Under the pieces are notes generated by a model, which searched no databases, was not told the DNA's origin, and saw only the letters and a program-made list of their open reading frames with translations. From an uncultured Actinomycetes bacterium (GTDB lineage: Bacteria > Actinomycetota > Thermoleophilia > Gaiellales > JAICJC01), in NCBI GenBank assembly GCA_963703275.1, contig OY969804.1:2963154-3027153 (forward strand): a stretch of 64,000 bases of DNA, written 5' to 3'. Of this stretch, positions 55,551-63,468 are shown one piece after another. How positions within the stretch are numbered: the stretch's first letter is position 1; each line of letters starts with the position of its first letter. The position numbers were made by a program, and so were the translations under genes.

Positions 55551-56725
55551 GGGTCGAGCGACTCGAGACGATCGTGGTGAGTGTCCCCTATCGCCATCGA
55601 GAGGTGAGCGCGCAGGTCGAACGGGATGGTGTAACCGACGTGCTGGTGAAGCTCACAACCACGGATGGGATCACGGGTTGGGGAGAAGCCCCGAGCGGGG
55701 CGGATGTCACCAGCGTTGAGAACGCCATCCAAGCGATGGCGCCATTTGTGATCGACCGCAGCCCCTGGGACGGCGAGGCGATTCGAGGGGAGCTGTACCA
55801 GCACGGGCTATGGCAGTTCCGGCCGATGACCGGGAACTTCGCCTGGGCCGGGATCGACATGGCGCTGTGGGACATCTGCGGCAAGGCGGCCCAGCTTCCG
55901 ATCCACCGCTTCTTTGGCAGTCTCCGCCGCGAGAACGTCGACTATTTCTACTACCTCGCCCGCGGCGACCGTGAGGATCTGACGGCGCAGTGCAAGCAGG
56001 GCTTGGCGGCCGGCTACTCGGTGTACTACCTCAAGGTCGGCATCGATCTGAACGCCGAGCTGGCGATGGTCGACGCGATCCGAAGCGCGCTCGGGCCGGG
56101 GCCCCGGATCCGCCTTGATGCCAATGCGGCCTGGAGCGCTTCGGAGGCACTCCGCAACCTCGAGCAGTTCGCCGTGTACGACATCGACTTTGTCGAGCAG
56201 CCGGTGCGCGAATCGCCGATCCGCCAGATGGCGGAGCTGCGCGGCCGGTCCCCGATCCGCATCTGCGCCAATGAGGGCCTGTGGACTGAGGATGACGCCT
56301 ACGCGAGGATCACGCAGCGCGCCGCCGACCTGATCTGCTTCAGCCCGTACTGGGTGGGCTCGCTGCGAGCGTTTTCGCGGATCTCCCACCTCGCCCAGCT
56401 GGAAGGTCTGGGGGTGTGCAAACACACCCACGGCGAACTCGGAATCGCCGCCGCAGCCTGCCATCAGGTGCTGCTCACGCTGCCCAGCATCGAGAAAGGG
56501 AACCAGCAGACCGCGCAGTTGATGATGAGCGATGTTCTGGCGCACCCTCTGCCGATCGCCACCGGGCCCTCCTGGGGCGTACCGGACGAACCGGGACTGA
56601 GCATCGTCATCGACGACGACGCTGTGGCGGATGCAGCCGAGCGCTACCGGCTTGATGGCCCGTTCCTTCCCTACCAGCTTCCTCACTCCCGGCGCGCATC
56701 GCCTGCGCCAAGCCGTGTGAGCTAG
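55547..56725 (+). CDS. enolase-superfamily enzyme, MR/MLE type, copy 2
   Basis: GIDMALWD, YYLKVGID, RLDANAAW, FVEQPV. ATGA overlap with the M24 gene. Paralogous to copy 1. Confidence 0.8.
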   Translation: MRVERLETIVVSVPYRHREVSAQVERDGVTDVLVKLTTTDGITGWGEAPSGADVTSVENAIQAMAPFVIDRSPWDGEAIRGELYQHGLWQFRPMTGNFAWAGIDMALWDICGKAAQLPIHRFFGSLRRENVDYFYYLARGDREDLTAQCKQGLAAGYSVYYLKVGIDLNAELAMVDAIRSALGPGPRIRLDANAAWSASEALRNLEQFAVYDIDFVEQPVRESPIRQMAELRGRSPIRICANEGLWTEDDAYARITQRAADLICFSPYWVGSLRAFSRISHLAQLEGLGVCKHTHGELGIAAAACHQVLLTLPSIEKGNQQTAQLMMSDVLAHPLPIATGPSWGVPDEPGLSIVIDDDAVADAAERYRLDGPFLPYQLPHSRRASPAPSRVS

Positions 56726-57036
56726 GGTTGCTCTTGGCCGATGTCCTCGTACAGTCCGGCGTCACAATCGACGACGCTCAGCCACAGGTCGATGTTCGCA
56801 GCGGCCTCGGGGTCCCGTCGCCGCTGCTCGTTCCACTCGTCGAGCCGCGCGGCCGAATCGATCTCCCAGATATTGATGTACTGGGGACCGCCGAGCCGCC
56901 AGGTGCGCCCGATGGAAAGGGTCGGACGATCCTGCGGATTCGCATTCGCCCAGTACGCATCGGTGCGCCTGATGGTTTCATGAAACACCTGCGGGTCAAC
57001 GTTCGGTTTCCGTGAATAGAACTCTATGTAGTACAT
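56722..57036 (-). CDS. hypothetical small protein
   Basis: 104 aa from ATG 57036 (MYYIEFYSRKPNVD...). The ORF extends to 57075, but that ATG sits inside a TATAAT box. Confidence 0.45.
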   Translation of the reverse strand: MYYIEFYSRKPNVDPQVFHETIRRTDAYWANANPQDRPTLSIGRTWRLGGPQYINIWEIDSAARLDEWNEQRRRDPEAAANIDLWLSVVDCDAGLYEDIGQEQP

Positions 57037-57073
57037 ACGCGATGTCCCTTTCATCTCCGTCGAACGTTTGTAC

Positions 57074-57083
57074 ATTATAGAAT
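57074..57083. promoter_or_regulatory. overlapping divergent -10 elements in an AT-rich patch
   Basis: Minus strand reads TATAAT (57079-57074). Plus strand reads TAGAAT (57078-57083). The surrounding 23 nt (57066-57088) have only 5 G/C. Confidence 0.35.
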
Positions 57084-57130
57084 AAAAGCGGCGGGCTCTT
57101 CAACCCGCCAAGAGGTGGTGGCAGCCTGAA

Positions 57131-57514
57131 GTGTCTGAGTACAATGACTACACCATAAGGATCGAGCAGGGACGACCGTTCGATGCACTGGGTGCACCCG
57201 TGCGGCGGTTGGTACATCCGAACACCGTGGGCTCACACCTGCTGGGCGTGTCGATCTGCCTGATGGAGCCGGGCGACCGAATCCGCGCGCACTCGCATGA
57301 CTATGAAGAGGCGTACTTCGTGCTGCGCGGGCGAGGGGTGATGACGCTTGAGGGCGTCGGAGAGATCCGGCTCGAGCCCGAGCTCACGGTGTACGTCCCA
57401 CCGGGCCGGGTGCACGGTCAGGTGAACGATGGCGACGAACCGCTCCACATCGTGCTCGCGCTCGCGCCGCCGCCGGTGGAAGGCGATCCCCCACGCTTCG
57501 CGGACGAGTCGTGA
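57131..57514 (+). CDS. cupin domain protein
   Basis: Cupin motifs HSHDYEEAYFVLRG and VYVPPGRVHG. GTGA overlap with the transketolase N subunit. Confidence 0.7.
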   Translation: MSEYNDYTIRIEQGRPFDALGAPVRRLVHPNTVGSHLLGVSICLMEPGDRIRAHSHDYEEAYFVLRGRGVMTLEGVGEIRLEPELTVYVPPGRVHGQVNDGDEPLHIVLALAPPPVEGDPPRFADES

Positions 57515-58341
57515 CCGACCCTGACCGGATCCGGGAGAAGGCGCGGTTTGCGCGCGAAGAGACCATTCGGCTGATCCAGGTCGCGAAGGTGGGGCATTTC
57601 GCCTCGTCATTCTCATGTGCGGAGATCCTGGCCACGCTCTACTACGGCGTGATGCGCCTGCGCCGAGGTGAGCCGGACTGGCCCGGCCGCGACCGGTTCC
57701 TGTTCGGCAAAGGCCACGCGGCGGTCGCGCTCTATCCAATACTGGCTGACTGGGACTTCATCGAAGATGACGTCTTGGACAGATACACCCGGCTGGGGAA
57801 CCCGCTGGGCGATCACCCCGACATGACCCGGGTGCCGGGTATCGACTTCAGCTCTGGCTCGCTTGGGCATGCGCTCTCGGCCGGCCTGGGTATGGCGCTT
57901 GGCAGCCGCTTCCACCGCCGGCCGTTCAACGTTTTCGTGCTGATGGGCGACGGCGAGCAGCACGAGGGGCAGGTGTGGGAGGCCGCGATGTCCGCAGCTC
58001 ATCATGGTGTGAGCAACCTGATCGCGATCATCGACCGAAACCAGTACTCACTCGACGGAAAGGTCGACGACGTGATCGGGATCGAGCCGCTGGCCGCCAA
58101 GTGGCGTGCCTTCGGCTGGAACGTGTCCGAGGTTGACGGCCATGACGTTGACCAGCTCTTGCCGACCCTGGCGGGTCTGGCCGCCGGCGCCGCCTCAGGC
58201 CGAGCCCCGTCGCTCGTGATCGCTCACACCGTCAAAGGGAAGGGCGTTCCGTTCATGGAGTCGGAGCTGGGATGGCACCTCGGTTACCTGACGCCCGCCG
58301 ACGCGAAGTACGCGCTCGAGCAGATCCGGGGGCAGCCGTGA
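57511..58341 (+). CDS. transketolase, N-terminal (TPP-binding) subunit
   Basis: GHFASSFSCAEILATLYY, SGSLGHALSAGLGMA, VLMGDGEQHEGQVWEA, IIDRNQYSLDG. Confidence 0.85.
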   Translation: MTDPDRIREKARFAREETIRLIQVAKVGHFASSFSCAEILATLYYGVMRLRRGEPDWPGRDRFLFGKGHAAVALYPILADWDFIEDDVLDRYTRLGNPLGDHPDMTRVPGIDFSSGSLGHALSAGLGMALGSRFHRRPFNVFVLMGDGEQHEGQVWEAAMSAAHHGVSNLIAIIDRNQYSLDGKVDDVIGIEPLAAKWRAFGWNVSEVDGHDVDQLLPTLAGLAAGAASGRAPSLVIAHTVKGKGVPFMESELGWHLGYLTPADAKYALEQIRGQP

Positions 58342-59312
58342 GTGTGCATCAACTCGACGAGGGATCGTGGCATCTTCTGATGCTGCTCGACCAAGCCCCG
58401 GGGTTCGTCGTTCTTGCCGACGTGCTGGGCGATCTCGCGGATGAGGGCCACCCGATTGTGGTGTGCACCGCCGATTTGGGGCACTCAAATGGCCTCGTTC
58501 GCTTTCACGAGCGGCATCCGGACCGGTTCTTCCAGTTTGGGATCTCCGAGCAGAACATGGTGACCGCGTCGGCTGGGTTGGCCACCACTGGGCTGCGACC
58601 GTATGTGGCCACGTTCGCATCGTTCCTGGCCCTGCTCTGTTGCGAGCAGATCCGCACCGACGTCGCGTACACAAGACAACCTGTGAGGCTGATCGGCCAC
58701 CACTCGGGGATTACGCTGGGGTTCTACGGCACGTCTCACCATGCGACCGAGGATCTCGCAATCACCCGGTCGATCGCCGGACTCTCGGTCGTCGCCCCGG
58801 CCGACTCGACCTCGATGGCCGCAGCATTCAGAGCCACCGTCGACCACGACGGCCCGATCTACTTCCGGATCGGACGGGGTCGAGATCCACAGGTATACGA
58901 GACGGTCGACTTCACCCTGGGCAAGGCCATCCCCCATGGAGTGGGAGCAGACCTGACGATCATCGCCACCGGTTCCATGGTGCACGACTCGCTCGCCGCC
59001 GCAGCGACACTGCGGGAGGACGGTCACTCGGTCGGAGTGCTCGACATGCACACCATCAAACCGCTCGATGTGGAAGCGATCGCCGCCGTTCGATCACCGC
59101 TCATCCTGACCGTGGAGGAGCACAACATCCTCGGCGGGTTGGGCGGCGCGGTGGCAGAGGTACTCGCCGAGGGCGGTACCGGCGTGCGACTCGTCCGCCA
59201 CGGAATCCGCGACGAGTACAGCCTGATCGGACCACCCACACACCTCTACGCGCACTACGGACTCGACGCCGAGGGCATCGCCAACGCCGCGCGCTCCGCT
59301 CTGACAGCTTGA
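58338..59312 (+). CDS. transketolase, C-terminal (pyrimidine-binding) subunit
   Basis: FFQFGISEQNMVTASAGLA and HATEDLAITRSIAGL. The GTG 58338 start overlaps the upstream TGA. Confidence 0.85.
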   Translation: MSVHQLDEGSWHLLMLLDQAPGFVVLADVLGDLADEGHPIVVCTADLGHSNGLVRFHERHPDRFFQFGISEQNMVTASAGLATTGLRPYVATFASFLALLCCEQIRTDVAYTRQPVRLIGHHSGITLGFYGTSHHATEDLAITRSIAGLSVVAPADSTSMAAAFRATVDHDGPIYFRIGRGRDPQVYETVDFTLGKAIPHGVGADLTIIATGSMVHDSLAAAATLREDGHSVGVLDMHTIKPLDVEAIAAVRSPLILTVEEHNILGGLGGAVAEVLAEGGTGVRLVRHGIRDEYSLIGPPTHLYAHYGLDAEGIANAARSALTA

Positions 59313-59394
59313 GGTGCCCTGACCGCCCAAGACGGCGGCGAATCAGGCATGGGCGCGCCTAGGTTACCGCTGGAGCCGTTCGTATACTGGCGGG

Positions 59395-59940
59395 ATGCCC
59401 GGCGTGGCGTTCGTCGCCCACTGTCTGCTCAACCAGAACGCGAAGACGGATGGCGGCGCGCTGTGCCCCGGCGTCTATTCCCCGCTGGTCGACGAGCTGC
59501 GGTCGCGCGGCTGGCGCATCGAGCAGATGCCCTGCCCGGAGCTCGCATTCACCGGCCTCCACCGCTTCTGGGCCGTGCGGGAGCAACTGGACACCACGGC
59601 GTATCGACGCCACTGCCGCCGGATCGCCGGCGCTGTGGCCGGGGCAATCGAGCTCCACGTGCAGCGCGGTGACGACGTGATCCTGGTCGGGCTCGAGGGC
59701 AGCCCGTCGATGGGCGTTCACGTCACCAGCTCGGATCCCGAACGGGGCGGCCGCCCGATCTGGCCCGAGGGGACGGACGAGCTCTCCCCGGGCAGCGGCA
59801 TCTTCATCGAGGAGCTGGCGGCCGAGCTGTCCGAGCGAGGCGTCGCCACACCGCGGGCCATGGGCATCTCGCACCAGCTGCCCGATCACGACCCGGCGGG
59901 CGAACGGGCGGCGCTCGCCGACCTGATGGCCGGGCGGTAG
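59395..59940 (+). CDS. hypothetical protein, DUF523-like (tentative)
   Basis: FVAHCLLNQNAKTDGG ... QMPCPELAFTGL loosely recalls the DUF523 CLLG..VRYDG ... CPE pattern. Confidence 0.4.
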   Translation: MPGVAFVAHCLLNQNAKTDGGALCPGVYSPLVDELRSRGWRIEQMPCPELAFTGLHRFWAVREQLDTTAYRRHCRRIAGAVAGAIELHVQRGDDVILVGLEGSPSMGVHVTSSDPERGGRPIWPEGTDELSPGSGIFIEELAAELSERGVATPRAMGISHQLPDHDPAGERAALADLMAGR

Positions 59941-60282
59941 GTGGAGGGCGATCAGCGCGGGTTCCGGGTGGCGCTCGTCACGAGCGAACTGCTGAACCCA
60001 GCCGCCGGTGGTCTCGACGCGCTGGCCGTGCTGGAGCAGGAGGACTGGGGAGCCATCCAGCTCCCCGCCGCCGACTATCCCGACGTGGTCGCCGGCCCGC
60101 TGCTCGACCAGGTCGCCGAGCAGGCCGAGGAGTTCGCCCGGCACGGGTATCGCCTGGCGCTGGTGGGGCGCCGGGCCGGCCTCGCGGAAGCGCTCGCACG
60201 CCACGGAGTTGAGGTTCCACCGGCCATCGAGCCTTCCAGCACCGAGGAGCTGCGCAGCTTCCTGGCCCGCCTGGGCGGGTGA
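59941..60282 (+). CDS. hypothetical protein
   Basis: 113-aa ORF starting at the GTG immediately after the upstream TAG. Coding-like composition, no motif. Confidence 0.35.
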   Translation: MEGDQRGFRVALVTSELLNPAAGGLDALAVLEQEDWGAIQLPAADYPDVVAGPLLDQVAEQAEEFARHGYRLALVGRRAGLAEALARHGVEVPPAIEPSSTEELRSFLARLGG

Positions 60283-60445
60283 ATGCGATGGCCACCCGCA
60301 TGCGCGTTCTCGTCGGAAAAGTGCAGTAGAACCTCCCAGTCGAGATCCGTGTTCTCCCGGATTCGGCGGCACCGTTTCCCGGCGAGGATGCGGTTACCCG
60401 GCTGCGACTGTGCCGGGCGTCGAAGCACCAATACGGAGGTACCCC

Positions 60446-60919
60446 ATGTTCTCGAAGATTGTCCTGGCACTCGACGGCTCGGAGCCGTCGGAGCGCGCGA
60501 TCCCTGTTCTCCACGAGCTGGTCGACGGCGGCAATGCCCGCATCGACGTCGTGCACGTCCGCCAGCTCATGGTGGGACGGGCGGGCGGCCAGCCGCTCCA
60601 CGCTGACGAAGACGAGATCACCGAGCGGGTGCGGGCGCGCGCCAAGGACCTGGCCGACGCGGGCTTCGACGTCCACGTTCATATCGAGTCCACCGTCGGC
60701 GACGGCCCGGCACATCTGATCGCCGAGATCGCCGCCAAGGTCGGGGCCGACGTGATCCTCATCGGAACACGTGGCCACACGCCGCTGGCCGGGCTGCTCA
60801 TCGGATCCGTGACCCAGCGGCTCCTGCTGATCGCAACCTGTCCCGTCCTGTCGGTCCCCACGGGCGGCACGAGTCCCGCAGCCCGCGGAACCGAGCGGGT
60901 CGCCGCGACCGCGTCCTGA
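60446..60919 (+). CDS. universal stress protein (UspA family)
   Basis: MFSKIVLALDGSEPSERA and C-terminal ILIGTRGHTPLAGLLIGSVTQRLL. GGAGG RBS. Confidence 0.85.
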   Translation: MFSKIVLALDGSEPSERAIPVLHELVDGGNARIDVVHVRQLMVGRAGGQPLHADEDEITERVRARAKDLADAGFDVHVHIESTVGDGPAHLIAEIAAKVGADVILIGTRGHTPLAGLLIGSVTQRLLLIATCPVLSVPTGGTSPAARGTERVAATAS

Positions 60920-60933
60920 CGCCTGCGGTATGG

Positions 60934-60970
60934 GGGCCAATTGGCGCTTCGAGACAATGCCAATTGGCCC
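60934..60970. terminator. perfect 12-bp stem hairpin between convergent genes
   Basis: GGGCCAATTGGC - 13-nt loop - GCCAATTGGCCC. Each arm contains the self-palindrome CCAATTGG. Sits between the USP stop (60919) and the S4 stop (60977). Confidence 0.5.
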
Positions 60971-60976
60971 TTACCG

Positions 60977-61282
60977 TCACCGGCGGCGGAGCGCGTTGAT
61001 CCGCCGCCGGTCTTGCTTCGTCGGCCGGGGGCCGCTGACATCGGCCCCCGGAGGGCGGGAGAGCCTGCGGTCCTCGGCCGCCTGCTCGCGCGCGTCGATC
61101 GAGTCGGCGCTCTCGGTGTAGAGCGTCGCGGCGACGCGAGCCGAGCCCCGCTTCTCGGCCACTCCGCGCACGACGACCGTCCACCGCACCTCGCCGATCC
61201 GCACCTCGACCTCATCGGCCGGGCGAACGTCCTTCGCCGGCTTCACCCGCTCGCCGTTCAGACGCACCTGGCCGCCCAGCAC
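60977..61282 (-). CDS. S4-domain RNA-binding protein (Hsp15/HslR-like); true N-terminus probably upstream
   Basis: S4 core GGQVRLNGERVKPAKDV. In-frame upstream codons (to 61366) encode the missing conserved RIDRWLWAARFFKTRS but contain no ATG/GTG/TTG. Confidence 0.65.
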   Translation of the reverse strand: MLGGQVRLNGERVKPAKDVRPADEVEVRIGEVRWTVVVRGVAEKRGSARVAATLYTESADSIDAREQAAEDRRLSRPPGADVSGPRPTKQDRRRINALRRR

Positions 61283-61362
61283 GGCCTCGGTCGCCGCCGA
61301 GCGGGTCTTGAAGAACCGCGCCGCCCACAGCCACCGGTCAATGCGGATGCTCGTCGGGACGC

Positions 61363-61614
61363 CTACTCAGGTGCGAGCTCGTGCGGCGCGAAGAGTCCGT
61401 GCTTCGCCCAGCGGTCGACCTTCTGGTCGAACTCGACCAGAACGTGAAACCCACCAGCCCGAACCGAGTCGACGCGGCCGTGGGCCCAGCCACCGTGTCT
61501 GACAGCACGCACCCGGTCGTCCATCTTCCACCTGGTCGAAGCGCTCGCGATACCGCTGGTCGCACGCACCGCCGACTCGATGGTCGGGTAGCCGTTCCGC
61601 TCGCGAAATCGCAC
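61363..61614 (-). CDS. hypothetical small protein
   Basis: GTG 61614 after GGGGAG, or ATG 61524. C-terminal WKMDDRVRAVRHGGWAHGRVDSVRAGGFHVLVEFD suggests a small beta-barrel. Confidence 0.35.
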   Translation of the reverse strand: MRFRERNGYPTIESAVRATSGIASASTRWKMDDRVRAVRHGGWAHGRVDSVRAGGFHVLVEFDQKVDRWAKHGLFAPHELAPE

Positions 61615-61688
61615 CCGCTCCCCGTGGTTCTTCGTCTCGGTCTCGTTCTCGGTGATGTAGCTCGGTAGCGCGATAAGGACTCCTCTGC

Positions 61689-62246
61689 TTACCTTTTGAC
61701 GACGGACGTGCGGGCGACTTCGCGGACGGCGCTGTGCCAGAAGGGGGCGGCGGCGAGGTACAGGCCGCCACCCGCGATCGTCACGATCGCCGCGTCGACG
61801 CTCGTTCGGCCGTCGGCGCCCCAGTAGACGTCCTGCAGGTCGAGCAGCAGGGCGAACTCGTCGACGATCAGCGCGACCCCACTGCCGTACGCCGTCGCCG
61901 TGATCGGGTGGCGGCGTGTATCCACCTGGCCGCGGACGCCCGCCGCCCCAACCGCCGCCAGGAGCGCGATCCCGAAGTTGAAGTGATGGATGTGCCGGCC
62001 CTTGATGACGATCCCACCGGGGCCGCCCTCGCGGCGCAGCCGGTGGGTGAGCAGGCGAGTGGCACAAAACGTTGCGCCGAACGCGGCCCACGACACAAGC
62101 AGGGCCCGCTCCGACTCTCCGACGTGCTCCCCCCACACGGCTCGAAGCCGGCTCGGCAGGCTGGTGGCGGTCGCCGGGGTCGACTTCGGCCCGGGCGTGG
62201 TGGCCGGCCGGTCACCGTTCTCGTCCTGGGGCGGCGGAGTCTCCAT
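61689..62246 (-). CDS. hypothetical integral membrane protein
   Basis: 185 aa with 4 hydrophobic segments (LLVSWAAFGATFCATRLL, FNFGIALLAAVGAAG, ...). Confidence 0.5.
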   Translation of the reverse strand: METPPPQDENGDRPATTPGPKSTPATATSLPSRLRAVWGEHVGESERALLVSWAAFGATFCATRLLTHRLRREGGPGGIVIKGRHIHHFNFGIALLAAVGAAGVRGQVDTRRHPITATAYGSGVALIVDEFALLLDLQDVYWGADGRTSVDAAIVTIAGGGLYLAAAPFWHSAVREVARTSVVKR

Positions 62247-62330
62247 GGGGCGATCCTACTCGACCCTGCATCGCCGAGACGTCCGGCGAACCGCGATACT
62301 GCGCGGCGGGAGGCAACTGCGGAGGGGGAC

Positions 62331-63464
62331 ATGGTGAGTGCGGCGGAGCGAACGTTGCAGCTGTACCGATCGTGGGTCGGCCGCACCCTGGACGAGGTCG
62401 AGACGCCGGTTCCGGTCGTCGATCTGGATCTGCTCGACGCCAACGTGGCCCGCCTGCAGGACTACGCGAACGCGCACGGCATCGCGGTCTGGCCGCACGC
62501 GAAGACGCACAAGAGCCTCGAGGTGGGCTCGCGCCAGCTCGCCGCCGGTGCGGCCGGGCTGACGGTCGCCAAGTCCGGCGAGGCCGAGGTCTTCCACGAG
62601 GCGGGAGTCGAGCGGCTCCTGCTGCACTATCCGACGTACGGGCGGGCGAAGTGGGAGCGGCTCGCGCACCTCGTCGGGGACGGTCTCGATCTGACAGTCG
62701 CGCTTGACGACGTCACCGCCGCGGAGGGCCTCTCCGGCGCGCTCGCGGCGAGCGGCGGACATGCCGACGTGCTGATCGAGGTCGACGTCGGCATGCGCCG
62801 CACGGGTGTGGCATCGCCGGCGGACGCGGTCACCCTGGCACGGCGCGTTGACGCCCTCCCCGGGCTGGACGTGGTCGGCATCAGCGGCTACCCCGGGATG
62901 CGGGCCACCGGCCGGTCGCTGTCGCCGTATCTCGACGGTGTCGATGCGACACTGCGCGCGACGCGGGATGCCTTCCAGGACGCCGGCCTGCACTGCGAGC
63001 GGATCTCGGCCGGGTCGACACCGACGCGATACCTGACACACACAACCTGTATTTCCGAGATCCGGCCCGGAACGTACGTCTTCCTCGATCGCATGGAGGC
63101 GCCCACGGAGCCCGACGGCGGGGTCGACGCCTGCGCCCTCACCATCCTCGCCACGGTGATCTCGACACGTGTGCCGCAACGAGCGATCGTCGACGCCGGG
63201 TCGAAGAGCCTCACCAGCGATCCCCACCCCGACGGCGGTCACGGGGTGGTCGTCGGAGTGGGCGGCACGCTCGTCGCCTTGAACGAGGAGCACGGCTACA
63301 TCGATCTGGAGTCCGCGACCACGTCGCCGCAGGTCGGTCAGCGCGTGCGCATCATCCCCAACCACGCCTGCACATGCGTGAACCTGCACGATGCGCTTCT
63401 CGGCGTACGGTCAGGCGTGGTCGAGTCGGTCATCCCCGTCGCGGCGCGCGGGCTGACCTGGTAG
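62331..63464 (+). CDS. D-threonine aldolase / D-serine dehydratase-like PLP enzyme (alanine racemase N-terminal fold)
   Basis: PLP-Lys context WPHAKTHKSLEVG and C-terminal RVRIIPNHACTCVNL. ATG 62331 after GGAGGGGG. Confidence 0.75.
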   Translation: MVSAAERTLQLYRSWVGRTLDEVETPVPVVDLDLLDANVARLQDYANAHGIAVWPHAKTHKSLEVGSRQLAAGAAGLTVAKSGEAEVFHEAGVERLLLHYPTYGRAKWERLAHLVGDGLDLTVALDDVTAAEGLSGALAASGGHADVLIEVDVGMRRTGVASPADAVTLARRVDALPGLDVVGISGYPGMRATGRSLSPYLDGVDATLRATRDAFQDAGLHCERISAGSTPTRYLTHTTCISEIRPGTYVFLDRMEAPTEPDGGVDACALTILATVISTRVPQRAIVDAGSKSLTSDPHPDGGHGVVVGVGGTLVALNEEHGYIDLESATTSPQVGQRVRIIPNHACTCVNLHDALLGVRSGVVESVIPVAARGLTW

Positions 63465-63468
63465 TCCC

